A stretch of 62,941 nt of DNA, counting the filler. It is 8 parts of 8 records of this genome, joined end to end, with 100 filler letters (N's around TTAATTAATTAA, not from the genome) between each part and the next. Parts side by side here need not be neighbours in the genome. Positions count along the whole stretch, not along the records: positions 9,838 to 15,272 come from SRR31147125_53878; positions 15,373 to 21,170 come from SRR31147125_53927; positions 21,271 to 26,992 come from SRR31147125_53972; 5 more parts are not named here. One strand, 5' to 3'. The translations under genes were made by a program, and so were the position numbers. How positions within the stretch are numbered: position 1 is the stretch's first letter; each line of letters opens with the position of its first letter. The notes under the pieces are model-generated. The model did not search any database. It was not told the DNA's origin and saw only the letters and a program-made list of their open reading frames with translations. Of this stretch, positions 11,620 to 22,314 are shown piece by piece.

Positions 11620-12771
11620 ATGATCATTGCCGTTGCCAAAGAGAACTGCCCAGAAGAGTGTCGTGTGGCGTTGGTGCCCTCCTTCATCCCGCCCCTGCTG
11701 AAAGCCGGGCACCAGGTGGTCGTGGAACAGTCAGCCGGTCTGTCGGCTGGATACCCGGATGAGAAGTACGCGCTGGCTGGAGCGCAGATCGAACCGGATC
11801 GTGATCGGCTTTTTAAACGCGGTCAGTTGCTGCTCATGGTGCGCGGCCCCGGCATCAATCCCCAGGAGGGTGAGCGGGATCTGGGCCGCCTGCGCGCCCA
11901 GCACACCCTCTTCGCCTTTTTCAATCCGCTGATGTATCCCAACACAATCAGGACGCTGGCGGAAACCGGCGCCACGGCATTCTCACTGGAGTTGATCCCG
12001 CGCATTTCACGGGCTCAGAGCATGGATGCGCTCTCCTCCATGGCCAGCCTGGCCGGCTACAAAGGCGTAATGCTGGCAGCCAATGCATTGCCGAAGATAT
12101 TCCCCCTGATGATGACCGCGGCCGGATCACTCATGCCGGCCAAAGTGTTCGTCATCGGCGCCGGCGTATCCGGTTTGCAGGCCTGCGCCACAGCCAAACG
12201 CATGGGCGCCATCGTTTCGGCCTATGACATTCGCCCGGTGGTTAAAGAGCAGGTCGAAAGCGTGGGAGCCGAGTTCGTCGAGTTCGATCTGTCGACCGAT
12301 ACGGCTGAAGACCGTCGGGGGTACGCCAAATCCCAGAGCGATGATTTCTACCGGCGGCAGCGCGAGGCCATGGGGCAGGTGCTGGCCGAAAACGACGTGG
12401 TGATCGCGACGGCCGGAGTACCCGGCAAGAAAGCGCCTGTGCTGATCGACGAAAAGATGGTGGCCGGTATGCGGCCCGGATCGGTCGTCGTCGATATCGT
12501 GGCCGAACTGGGCGGTAACTGTTCCCTGACACGACCCGGTGAAACCGTCGTGTACAATGGCATAACGATCATCGGCCCGGTAAACCTGGCATCGTCAGTG
12601 GCTTTTCATGCCAGTCAGATGTTGGCCAAGAACCTCCACGCTCTCCTCGACCACCTCATCGATGTGGAGGGGCGGATGACGATCAACACCAAGGAAGAGA
12701 TCACGCGGAGCACGCTGCTGTGCCGGGACGGAAAGGTCACCAGCGAGCGCGTGTTGGAAGTGTTGGGATAA
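11620..12771 (+). CDS. pntAA: NAD(P) transhydrogenase subunit alpha part 1 (domain I)
   Basis: MIIAVAKE...ECRVALVP, PRISRAQSMDALSSMASLAGYK, GAGVSGLQA, GYAK; RBS GAGGAAGG upstream. Confidence 0.95.
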   Translation: MIIAVAKENCPEECRVALVPSFIPPLLKAGHQVVVEQSAGLSAGYPDEKYALAGAQIEPDRDRLFKRGQLLLMVRGPGINPQEGERDLGRLRAQHTLFAFFNPLMYPNTIRTLAETGATAFSLELIPRISRAQSMDALSSMASLAGYKGVMLAANALPKIFPLMMTAAGSLMPAKVFVIGAGVSGLQACATAKRMGAIVSAYDIRPVVKEQVESVGAEFVEFDLSTDTAEDRRGYAKSQSDDFYRRQREAMGQVLAENDVVIATAGVPGKKAPVLIDEKMVAGMRPGSVVVDIVAELGGNCSLTRPGETVVYNGITIIGPVNLASSVAFHASQMLAKNLHALLDHLIDVEGRMTINTKEEITRSTLLCRDGKVTSERVLEVLG

Positions 12772-12836
12772 CAATACGGGGTTGAAATCTATTTTGGAAG
12801 TTCAATTCCCCGTACAGGAGGAGCTGTGAGGCATAT

Positions 12837-13115
12837 ATGGATATACTTCCGCTGTTGACCATTTTCGTTTTAGCACTTTTCATGGGGTCGGAGATCATCA
12901 CCAAGATTCCGCCCACACTGCATACGCCGTTGATGAGCGGTACCAACGCCATCAGCGGCATCACCCTGATCGGTGCCCTGGCCTCTACACGGCTGGATGC
13001 ACCGGCCCTGACCGTTGCCCTGGGGGTGGCGGCCATCATTCTGGCCACCATCAATGTTGTGGGCGGATTTGCCGTCACCCAGCGCATGCTCAGGATGTTT
13101 CGGAAAAGGGATTAG
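12837..13115 (+). CDS. pntAB: NAD(P) transhydrogenase subunit alpha part 2
   Basis: PPTLHTPLMSGTNAISG, INVVGGFAVTQRML. Confidence 0.95.
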   Translation: MDILPLLTIFVLALFMGSEIITKIPPTLHTPLMSGTNAISGITLIGALASTRLDAPALTVALGVAAIILATINVVGGFAVTQRMLRMFRKRD

Positions 13116-13118
13116 TCT

Positions 13119-14507
13119 ATGACGACGGTCGTGTCCCAACTGCTTTATCTGATATCGGCGATCCTGTTCATCCGCGGTCTCAAGGGATTGACGCACCCGC
13201 GCACGGCCCGCAGGGGCAATGCCATGAGTGCCGCGGCCATGCTGCTGGCCGTGGTCACCGTATTGGTGGGAGAGACCGGATTGGCCTGGAAATATGTCGT
13301 CCTGGGGCTGGCCGTCGGCACCCTGGTGGGCATCTGGCTGGCGTACAAAACCAAGATGACCGCCATGCCGCAACTGGTGGCCCTTTTCAACGGCTTCGGT
13401 GGCGGTGCCTCCATGTTGGTGGCGGCCGCAGCTGTGGTTCTCGCAGTTCCGCATAGCGACCCGTCCGGCGCTCGCGTCTATACCATGGTGGCCGCCGCAG
13501 TTTCGATAGTGATCGGCACTGTGACCCTGACCGGCAGTTTGCTGGCGTTTGCCAAACTGCAGGGATTCTATCGTCGCACCCTGCGGTTCACCGGATTACA
13601 GGCTGTCAACGGCCTGCTGCTGCTCGCTGCGCTGGGAAGTGCCGCAGCCCTGGTCACCCATCCGGATCAGCTGGTCTGGCTACCGGTGCTGATTCTGTTT
13701 GCCGTGCTTTTCGGACTGCTGCTGGTAGCGCCCATCGGCGGCGCCGACATGCCGGTGGTCATCGCCATCCTCAACGCCTATTCCGGCCTGGCGGCCTGTG
13801 CCACCGGCTTTGTGCTCAACAACACCATGCTGATCATCGCCGGATCATTGGTGGGCGCCTCGGGGGTACTGCTGACCCAGGTGATGTGCAGGGCCATGAA
13901 CCGCAGTTTTGTGAACGTGCTGATGGGCAAACCCATGGCCAAAACTGTCGGCTCTGCCAGGGACGACATTTACGACGGAAAGATCAGGTCGGTGTCGCCC
14001 GACGAGGTGGCCATGCTCCTGGAATCCGCGCGACGGGTGGCCATCGTGCCAGGATTCGGCATGGCGGTTTCCCAGGCACAATTCGCTGTCCGTGACCTGG
14101 CGCAGTTGCTTGAAAAACGGCAATCAGAAGTACTTTTTGCCATCCACCCCGTGGCCGGTCGCATGCCCGGCCACATGAACGTTCTGCTGGCCGAGGCCGA
14201 CATCGACTATGACAAGCTCAAAGACCTGGAAAGCATCAATCCCATGTTCGACCAGATCGATGTGGCCCTGGTGATCGGCGCCAACGATGTGGTCAATCCC
14301 GACGCCCGGGAAAGCAGTGACAGTCCCATCGCCGGTATGCCCATCTTGAACGTGGACCGCGCCAAGAGCGTGGTGGTGGTCAAACGCAGTCTCAGCCCGG
14401 GGTTCGCCGGAATCCCAAATCCCCTCTTTACCGCCGAAAACACCATGATGCTTTTCGATGACGGCAAAGCGGCCGTCAATGCGATCAACGCAGCGCTGAA
14501 AGAGTGA
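13119..14507 (+). CDS. pntB: NAD(P) transhydrogenase subunit beta
   Basis: IGGADMPVVI, MCRAMNRS, IHPVAGRMPGHMNVLLAEA, GANDVVNP. Confidence 0.96.
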   Translation: MTTVVSQLLYLISAILFIRGLKGLTHPRTARRGNAMSAAAMLLAVVTVLVGETGLAWKYVVLGLAVGTLVGIWLAYKTKMTAMPQLVALFNGFGGGASMLVAAAAVVLAVPHSDPSGARVYTMVAAAVSIVIGTVTLTGSLLAFAKLQGFYRRTLRFTGLQAVNGLLLLAALGSAAALVTHPDQLVWLPVLILFAVLFGLLLVAPIGGADMPVVIAILNAYSGLAACATGFVLNNTMLIIAGSLVGASGVLLTQVMCRAMNRSFVNVLMGKPMAKTVGSARDDIYDGKIRSVSPDEVAMLLESARRVAIVPGFGMAVSQAQFAVRDLAQLLEKRQSEVLFAIHPVAGRMPGHMNVLLAEADIDYDKLKDLESINPMFDQIDVALVIGANDVVNPDARESSDSPIAGMPILNVDRAKSVVVVKRSLSPGFAGIPNPLFTAENTMMLFDDGKAAVNAINAALKE

Positions 14508-14589
14508 AAAAGCGTTTAGAAATAAACATCGTTTGGAACAGCATTGATAGGGAGAAAATGGGCTCGCATAAAATTATAGTTTCTGCCAT

Positions 14590-14780
14590 AGCCTCATATC
14601 ACACCCCTCCTCCGAAAAGCTCTGCTCGTCTCATCCGGTAAAAATTGTGACAGATGGCTGCAATATCTTCTCAATTCCAGCCAATCGGATCACGGCGTAT
14701 CCAAATCACTGGTCACGCAATAGCAAAACAGGCGGCTCGCTTTGGCCATGCCCCCGCAGTCCAAAGAAAATTGGGCCTGG
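14590..14780 (-). pseudogene. Second, more decayed copy of the transposase-like remnant at 11045-11330
   Basis: 14642-14729 aligns with 11098-11186 at about 70% identity by manual count. Translation KASRLFCYCVTSDL/VIRLAG...LQPSVTI...EEGCD, with a stop and a frameshift. Confidence 0.55.
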
Positions 14781-14898
14781 GGTCCATATAAGAGTCGATT
14801 TAAAAGAAAAAATGGTATATTTTTCAAAAAAACTAAATCCAGCCGGATATCCGCTATGCAATGAATGGCTTATGCTATCCAATTCGGAGAAGACATCA

Positions 14899-15272
14899 AT
14901 GCCGGAATCGAACAAACCATATGCCCAATATCTACTGAAAGGTTTTCTGTTTGGTATCGGATTCGTCGCCGTAACGATTTTCGGGGCACACTACATCGCC
15001 CATCTTCTTGAGCGGCCGCTGACGGTCGTGGTTGAAGATGAACCTATCAGCCAATCTATGCATCATAAGTGGGACCCCGGTTTCAAAAAGGACCTTGCCA
15101 TTGTTTCATATGTCGCCCTGAAAGAAAAAAGCAGGGCCAGCAATTTCAAGGTTTTGGGAAACATCAAAAATGTCGGCGACACGATCTGGACCGACATCGA
15201 AATTCAGGCGGAATTTTTCCACAAAGGCCAATTTGTGGACGAATGCGTGGGACACATCCGAATTTTGCCCCC
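14899..15272 (+). CDS. Membrane-anchored FxLYD-like domain protein (3' truncated)
   Basis: RBS GGAGA before ATG 14899; TM segment FLFGIGFVAVTIFGA; VLGNIKNVG...IEIQAEFFHKGQFVD. Confidence 0.6.
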
Positions 15273-15372
15273 NNNNNNNNNNNNNNNNNNNNNNNNNNNN
15301 NNNNNNNNNNNNNNNNTTAATTAATTAANNNNNNNNNNNNNNNNNNNNNNNNNNNNNNNNNNNNNNNNNNNN
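15273..15372. other. Artificial contig spacer
   Basis: N44-TTAATTAATTAA-N44. Confidence 0.98.
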
Positions 15373-16509
15373 ACGGCGTCATCGCGCACGACCAGTCGCA
15401 TGTGCGCCAGTTTGAGACGGAAGAAATTTCGGCGGACGTTGTCGATATCGCCCGGCGCCTGGCCGCCGATATTCGCGAGCGCAAGGTAATCCTCGGCGTA
15501 TTCGACGAAGGCTGTATGGGTATGTACAACGCCATCGTGCCGGATGACTTGCTGGCCGACATCGGCTTTTTCAAGGAACGTTTGTCCCAGTCGGCCCTTG
15601 CCCACGCGACGCAATCGGTGCCCGACGCTGAAGCCGAAGCCGTGTTCGACTGGCTCAAGAGCAAGGGCGTGAAATTCGTTTTCGGCCCGAGTGAGCAGAC
15701 CGATTTGACGCCTGCCCAGGTGCTGCTTCAGTGCAAGATGTACATCGCAGCGGTGCGTATGTTCGACAGCTTTGGGTGCGACGCGATCGGCATCCAGTAT
15801 CAGCAGGGCCTCAAGGACACCCTGCCGGCGTCGGATCTTGCCGAAGGCATGCTCAACAACGACGATCGACCGCTTGTGCTTGATGCCGACGGAAGGCCGA
15901 TTCGGCCGGGCGAGGCAGTTCCGCACTTCAACGAGGTGGACGAGTGCGCCGCCATCGACGCAGTTTTGACCAACCGCGTTCACAGGGCTCTGGGTGAGCC
16001 GGTCGAAACCACTCTGCACGATCTCAGATGGGGAGACGACGATCTTTCCGGAACGACGGATGCGTTCGTCTGGGTGCTTGAAATATCGGGTGCTGCCCCG
16101 CCGGCATTTCATCGGAGGTTGGTCAGGCGCGAGTTCGATGCGTCAGCCGCCGATGTACTTCCGGCTGGGCGGCGGCACGCTGCGTGGTGTTTCCAAGCCC
16201 GGAGAGATTGTCTGGTCCCGTATCTACGTTGCCGACAACCGCTTGCATATGGATATCGGGTGCGGGCGCGTCGTTGCATTGCCGGAAGAGGAAACCGAAC
16301 GGCGTTGGCGCGCAACGACCTATGAGTGGCCAATCATGCATGCGGTTCTCGAAGGCGTCAGTCGCGACCAGCTTATGGGGCGGCATAAGGCCAATCACAT
16401 TCAGGTCGCCTATGCCAACTCGAAGCTCGGAGCGAAAACGGCGATGCAGACAAAGGCTGCTCTCGCCAACAACCTGGGCCTGGAGGTGCACATTTGCGGC
16501 CAAGTATAG
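15373..16509 (+). CDS. L-fucose/L-arabinose isomerase-like protein (5' truncated, frameshift ~16105)
   Basis: LGVFDEGCMGMYNA, GIQYQQGLKD, HFNEVDECA, TLHDLRWG; the C-terminal frame has KPGEIVWSR...WPIMH...ANHIQVAYA. Confidence 0.7.
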
Positions 16510-16528
16510 CGCCCTAGGTGTTCGGGAA

Positions 16529-16611
16529 TGTGGGATCCGGATTTCCGGTTCGAGCATGCGACCACTCAAAGGCTTGGGTCATGCGCTTTGGCTCTATCAA
16601 AACGTATGACC
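16529..16611. repeat. Rhizobial RIME-like intergenic palindromes
   Basis: GTGGGATCCGGATTTCCGG motif followed by the hairpin GGTCATGCGCTTTG...CAAAACGTATGACC, between convergent genes. Confidence 0.4.
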
Positions 16612-17020
16612 TGGCGGATTGGTAGTGGCGTATCGCCCGCACCAAAGGCGCGCTGCAGCGGACGCGGCGTGTTGCTTGTGCTGGTTGACGTCGAGCAACC
16701 CACTTTGCATGGAAGTCGATGGCATTCCCGAGCGGATTGATCCGGTGAGCGCTGTGTAGGGCCCCTCATTCAGTGCTATGATCCGACCGCTTTCCTCGCG
16801 GCAATTGAACGCGAAAGCTTCTATTCGTTCTCTGGTTATGCCAATGCCATTGTCCAGACAGGAAAACGTTGCCTATACGGCATCGTCCCTGGCGCATCCG
16901 GAGACCGCTGGCCGAAGGTGAAACCTTTGGCCGCTATCTTGTGTTTTTCCAATGGGTGAAAGCAAGGCGGGCGATGGTGGCCAGCCCAAACAGGCATGGA
17001 AATCGCCGAGCCAGCAGCGA

Positions 17021-17995
17021 CTAGTCTGCCAGTAGCAGCTTGGCCGTATTCTCGTCGGTGATCAGCCCGTTCGCCAGGCGGCCGGTCAGGGCGGCCTTGA
17101 CCGGGAGAACGCGCAACACACCCGATGCGACAATGATCACTGGGCGGTTCTGTCCTGGCTCAGGTATGTGCGATGTCAGTCTGGCATGGTAGCCCGCATC
17201 GACGATCTTGCCTTCCTCATTTATGGCTATGCCAAGAAATTCCCCGACCGCCCCTGCATCGATTGCCTGCTGTGCTTCATCATCATTGATGAAGCCATCG
17301 CGCAGCAGGGACGACTCCGCTCCCCAATATCCGATGCCCATGATGAGCAGGTCGGCGCGCGCAACAAGCTCGCTGATCCGGGCGTAGCCCGATTGCGCCT
17401 GCAGGATTTCTCGCTCGGCGACCGTTTCGGTTACCACAGGCATGGGTCGCGGATAGCTATCGGCTTCCACCTTGTCGGCGATCCAGGTGACGACGTCGTG
17501 GTTTCTGGCTTTGCCGGTGCGCGTCAGATTGCCCATCAGCGAAACACAACGGCAGTCGGGACGATCCAGCCTGCTGAGTTGTCGGGAGAGCTCGCGCATG
17601 GTCTTGCCGTTGCCCAGTCCGATAATGACTGGATCGTGGGATTGGAGCACGGTTTCCAAATGACGCGCTCCGAGCTTTCCGACCGACACGAGATCCTCGG
17701 TCGACTCGCTTTCATTAAGCGCGACTTCGCAATAGCGAAGGTTGAATTTTTCCTTTAGCCGTTCGGCCAGTTCGATGCTGTCGGTTAGTTCGTGATTGAG
17801 GCGGAATTCAATGAGGCCTGCGCTTTGAGCGAGGGCAAGCAGCCGCTGGACGACTTGGCGCGACACCTGCAGTTCGATGGCTATCTGGTCCTGGGTGCGT
17901 TTCTTGGCGTAGGACAGCCAAGCGGCACGCGCGGCTAGGTCCAGCCGCCGATCCCCCTGTTCGCTGCCACCACCGTTTCTCACGCGCCGCGCCAT
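17021..17995 (-). CDS. SorC/DeoR-family sugar-binding transcriptional regulator
   Basis: AARAAWLSY...TQDQIA...VSRQVVQRLL HTH; GLGNGKT; GAVGEFLG; GLITDE. Confidence 0.92.
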   Translation of the reverse strand: MARRVRNGGGSEQGDRRLDLAARAAWLSYAKKRTQDQIAIELQVSRQVVQRLLALAQSAGLIEFRLNHELTDSIELAERLKEKFNLRYCEVALNESESTEDLVSVGKLGARHLETVLQSHDPVIIGLGNGKTMRELSRQLSRLDRPDCRCVSLMGNLTRTGKARNHDVVTWIADKVEADSYPRPMPVVTETVAEREILQAQSGYARISELVARADLLIMGIGYWGAESSLLRDGFINDDEAQQAIDAGAVGEFLGIAINEEGKIVDAGYHARLTSHIPEPGQNRPVIIVASGVLRVLPVKAALTGRLANGLITDENTAKLLLAD

Positions 17996-18021
17996 TAATT
18001 GCTATCCCGATAAAGTCAGTA

Positions 18022-18125
18022 CTAGAGCATTATGCGCCCCGGTTGAACTGGGTCGCATGCGTCAATCAGGTGTCGTGCAGGTTCGGCGAAGAAGCGCAAA
18101 CCGCTTCTTCGCCGGATGCTTCTAG
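18022..18125. repeat. Short repeat element with CTAGAGCAT/ATGCTTCTAG ends and a perfect 13-bp hairpin
   Basis: CTAGAGCAT at 18022; CGGCGAAGAAGCG-CAAAC-CGCTTCTTCGCCG at 18084-18114; the right end supplies the amidohydrolase TAG stop. Confidence 0.6.
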
Positions 18126-18838
18126 AGCTTGAGAATTCGCTCGATATTCCCGCCGACGACCTTCTTGTAGCCCTCGGGATCGTCCGTTGAGCGGGTCATC
18201 TTCTGGAATTCGAATTCATAGTCGACGAACGGGGAGTCCGTACCCCAGATGACCTTTTCGGGTCCAAGTTCGCGAATGGCGGTCTGGATTTCGAAAATCG
18301 GCGCGCGCGAAGTTTCGAGATAGAGATTTGGGTATTTGCGGGCGAACTCGATCGCCTGGTCGACCGACCAGAAAAAGCCCATATGCGCCATGGACAACGG
18401 CACGTCGGGAAAACGTTCGGCCATCAGCGCGAATTCGGGCGGGCTGTTGTACAAATCGGCGGCGCCGTGAACCGTGATCGCGATCCCGAGCTCGGAGGCG
18501 GCCTCGAACAAAGGATTGCACAGGCCAGGATCGGACAGGTGAAAGCCGTTGATCGTCAGGTGCAGTTTCAATCCCTTGAAACCGTCCACCTCGACGCAGC
18601 GGCGGACTTCATCCACAGCGTCGGGCTGCCAGGGATTGACCGCGCAATACGGGATCAGGCGGTCGGGAAATTCCGCATAGGCTTCGCGGATCGGATCGTT
18701 GGTGAAGTTTCCTTCGACAAAGGGAAAGATCACCGCTTTGTCGACGCCGGCTTGATCGAGTTTTGCAACGAGGTCAGGGCCGGTCTGCCGTGCGCCGTGC
18801 CGGATGCCCAGATGATTATGTGCGTCGATAATGGTCAT
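18122..18838 (-). CDS. Amidohydrolase family (Amidohydro_2) metal-dependent hydrolase
   Basis: IIDAHNH, GFKGLKLH, AHMG, WGTDSP. Confidence 0.9.
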   Translation of the reverse strand: MTIIDAHNHLGIRHGARQTGPDLVAKLDQAGVDKAVIFPFVEGNFTNDPIREAYAEFPDRLIPYCAVNPWQPDAVDEVRRCVEVDGFKGLKLHLTINGFHLSDPGLCNPLFEAASELGIAITVHGAADLYNSPPEFALMAERFPDVPLSMAHMGFFWSVDQAIEFARKYPNLYLETSRAPIFEIQTAIRELGPEKVIWGTDSPFVDYEFEFQKMTRSTDDPEGYKKVVGGNIERILKL

Positions 18839-19839
18839 CGTGTTGTCTCCCGAAATTCAGTTTTTCGTTTCAGTCCGCCAATAGCCATGGCGAGCAGAAT
18901 GAAGGCGCCGTTGAGCGCGTAGCGGTAGGGCGCTCCCAGGCCCATGATGGTCAGGCCGTTGCCGAGGAATCCGATGAACAGGGCACCGATCACGGTGCCC
19001 GGGATGCTCATCTCGCCGTTCTTGGACAAAAGGGTGCCCAGGAATACCGAGGCGAATCCGTCGAGCAGATAGGATTCCATTCCACGTGGCATGGCGACGC
19101 CCGTGCGCGACACGATGGCCATGCCACCAAGCGCAGCCAGAACGCCGGAGGCCACAAAACCCGAGGCGAAGATTGCGCGGATGTCGATGCCGGCGAGAAA
19201 GGCGGCGCGCACATTGGCGCCGATGGCACGTGCGCGCCGCGAGAACGGGGTAACCGTCATGAACAGGACAACCAATACGGCGACGACTACCGCAAGGATA
19301 ATCAGCGTCGAAACCGGTCCAATGCTTCCCTGTCCGAGGAATAGGAACGGTGCAGTCTGTCCCTTCGGCATGGAAAACAGAATTTGCGGTTCGGCTCCGT
19401 TCGAGATGATTAGCTCGCCCGAGCGCAGGATAAACATCATACCCAGCGTTCCGATGATCGCCGGAATGCCGATATACGCCATCATCAGTCCGTTGATGCT
19501 GCCGACCGCGAGGCCGAAAATCAGCGGAAAGGTGTAGGCCATCCAGATCGGGTAGTGGTGCACGATCAGCCATGCGGCCAAAAGACCGGCGGAATCGGCG
19601 ATCTGGGCGACCGAGAGATCGACGCCCCGCATGGACATCACGATCGTCATGCCGAGCGCGATCGCGATCAACGGCGCGCTCTGACGCAGAATGTTTAGGA
19701 TGTTGTTCGGGCTGAGAAAGGCCGGCTGCTGCGAGTAGAAGAGCAGGAGCACACAGAGCATGCCGACAAAGGCTCCATAGTCCCGCAAAATGTCGAGGGC
19801 TGCATGTCCGGCACTGCGCCTGCTGAGCGTGTCTTGCAT
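18835..19839 (-). CDS. Sugar ABC transporter permease (RbsC family)
   Basis: GVDLSV, IPAIIGTLGM, AIGANVRAAFLAGID; multiple TM helices. Confidence 0.92.
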   Translation of the reverse strand: MQDTLSRRSAGHAALDILRDYGAFVGMLCVLLLFYSQQPAFLSPNNILNILRQSAPLIAIALGMTIVMSMRGVDLSVAQIADSAGLLAAWLIVHHYPIWMAYTFPLIFGLAVGSINGLMMAYIGIPAIIGTLGMMFILRSGELIISNGAEPQILFSMPKGQTAPFLFLGQGSIGPVSTLIILAVVVAVLVVLFMTVTPFSRRARAIGANVRAAFLAGIDIRAIFASGFVASGVLAALGGMAIVSRTGVAMPRGMESYLLDGFASVFLGTLLSKNGEMSIPGTVIGALFIGFLGNGLTIMGLGAPYRYALNGAFILLAMAIGGLKRKTEFRETTR

Positions 19840-19854
19840 CGTTTCCCCCTGTTT

Positions 19855-21170
19855 TTAGAAAATCAGCACTTGGCCGATGTCGCGCTTGCGAACCACGCCG
19901 ACGGCAATTGACAGGATCAGGATAAGCCCCTGAATTCCGGGCAGAGCCTGATTGGATATCCCGATCAGGATCAACCCGTTCGAAAGCGATGCGAGAAACA
20001 GCGCCGCAACGATCGTTCCCGGCATGTTGAGTTCGCCGCTACGCGTGAACGTGCTGCCAAGAAATGCAGCGGCAAGAGCGGTGATGAGAAAGTCGATGCC
20101 GGTCGCCAATGCCGAGGCGCCGTAGCTGTACGACGCAAGCACAACACCGGCGAGCCCGAGGACGAGGCCACCAAGCACGAAGGAGGCAAACGCATAACGG
20201 GGGCGAGTGATACCGCGAAGTTCGGCGGCAGCCAGATTCTGTCCGACCGCGTACATGCGCATGCCAAGCCGTGTCCGCCGCAACACCAGATGCAGGAGCG
20301 TTCCCACAATGAGCAGGAAGATGAACACCACTGGAACGGGACCGATATAGCCCTGTCCGAAAAAGAAAAAGACCGGTTGATCCGATAGCGTCAGCGCTTG
20401 CCCGCCGTTGTATAGCAGCGTTGCGCCCATGCTAACGAACATAATGCCGAGCGTGGCGACAAAGGACGGCATCGAGAACAAGAGCACGAGCGCCGCATTG
20501 AGCACGCCGACCGCGAGCCCGGCCGCGAGTCCGACTGCGAATGCGCCCACAACACCGGTGCTGCCGACTACGATGCCGGCAGCAAGGTTCGAGGAAAGCT
20601 GGCTCAGAGCGCCCGCCGACATATCGAGACCGCCCGCGATCAGGATCACAGCCAGGCCGAGGGCGATAAAGGCGAGAACGCTGCCCTGTTTGAGCACATC
20701 GAACATGTTGTCGAAACTGAGAAATTGCGGTGCGAGAGCGGAAATGGCCGCAAGCGCCAACACCATGCCGGCAACCGTGCCCCACCGGGATAGAAACGCG
20801 GCGGCGCGTTCGCCCAGGCTCTGGGTGCGCGGTGCGGTCTGGGTCTTGGTAGTCGCAGCGGCGTCCGTTTCCTGTTCGGCACCCGACGCGTGATAGAGCA
20901 GGGTGGCGACGTCGAGTTTGTCGCGCTCGAGAATGATATTGACCCGGCCTTTTTGCATGACCGCGACGCGATCGCACATTCCGGCGATTTCCTCGAAATC
21001 GGACGAAATGAAGATCACGATCGCGCCGCGCCCTGCCAGCTTGGTCATTTCACGGTAGATCTCGGTCTTCGATCCGACATCGACGCCGGTGGTGGGCTCG
21101 TCGAACAGGAAGACCTCGGCATTGCCGGCTAGCCAGCGGCCGATGACGACCTTTTGCTGGTTGCCGCCCG
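19855..21170 (-). CDS. Fused sugar ABC ATPase (RbsA-like C-terminus) and permease (RbsC-like); 5' truncated
   Basis: The frame is open from the fragment end: GGNQQKVVIGRWL...FLFDEPTTGVDVG...ISSDFEE runs without a stop into GGLDMSAG...AVGQNLAAAELRGI. Confidence 0.85.
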
Positions 21171-21270
21171 NNNNNNNNNNNNNNNNNNNNNNNNNNNNNN
21201 NNNNNNNNNNNNNNTTAATTAATTAANNNNNNNNNNNNNNNNNNNNNNNNNNNNNNNNNNNNNNNNNNNN
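21171..21270. other. Artificial contig spacer
   Basis: N44-TTAATTAATTAA-N44. Confidence 0.98.
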
Positions 21271-21887
21271 TTCCTATCAACACCTGTTGATTGTGCAAGC
21301 AAGCCAGTAATCAGACCCACTTTACCTTCTCCACCAAGTTTTTCACAAATGTACTTACCAGCTTTATATGCACCCTGAACATCATCTGCGCCTACAAATG
21401 CATCATACATATCCGGATCACTAATGCGGGTATCAAAATTAACAACCTTAATGCCTGCATCCCTCGCCTTTTTGATTGCAGGAATAATTCCGTCTGAACT
21501 TGAAGCCGAAATAACAATAGCATCAACTTCTTTTTCGATAGCAGCTTCGACCATAGCAACCTGTTTCTCTAAGTCCACTTCTTCTTCGGGTATAGAAATC
21601 TCCAAATCTACGCCTAACTTATCAGCTTCCATAGAAGCCATATCTGCAACAGATATCCACCATGGATTGTTTAGCGTTTTGCCGATCCATGCAATTTTAA
21701 TTTTGTCTCCGTCCTCTTCAGTTTCCTCGGAATCTTCAACAACATTGTCGGATTCAGCCGTGCCCGAATCATTCGCAGCATCTGTAGTAACTTCACCTTG
21801 GTCTTGCTCCTTCTCAACCGCTGGCTGGCAACCAATCATAGCAAAAGCTATAAGCAACCCAAGACACACAATTAAGACTTTTTTCAT
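21271..21887 (-). CDS. Sugar ABC transporter substrate-binding lipoprotein (RbsB-like), 3' truncated
   Basis: Lipobox MIGC, KTLNNPWW, GIKVVNFD; RBS GGAGG. Confidence 0.9.
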
Positions 21888-22314
21888 TAGTCTACCTCCA
21901 ATTAATTTTTTTAGGTCTTTTTGACCATCTCATGTAGTTTGTTTACCTTTACATGAAAATTAATTTCAATTTTGCCAATTATATATGTGTTCTCGAAATT
22001 CGGCATATTCTTGAATTCCCGTCTTTGAACTACTTTTTTTAATTGCAATGTCTTTCGTCACTAAACCGTCGTTACAATTTGTTTTCTTTTGTTTTTTACT
22101 AATAATTTTTACTTTTGATTTTTTAAATAATTTTGAATCGCACTTGAGTAATATACTTATATCACTTATCAATAGAAGTGTCAAGTTAATATTGCTTTTT
22201 TATTTAGTGATGTTTACTTATTTTCGTTTTGAACGTATGTTAATATGAATTATACGTAAATTTCTATAATTTTTTTAATAACATTCTATTTTAATCAAGT
22301 AAACTTTAGATAAA

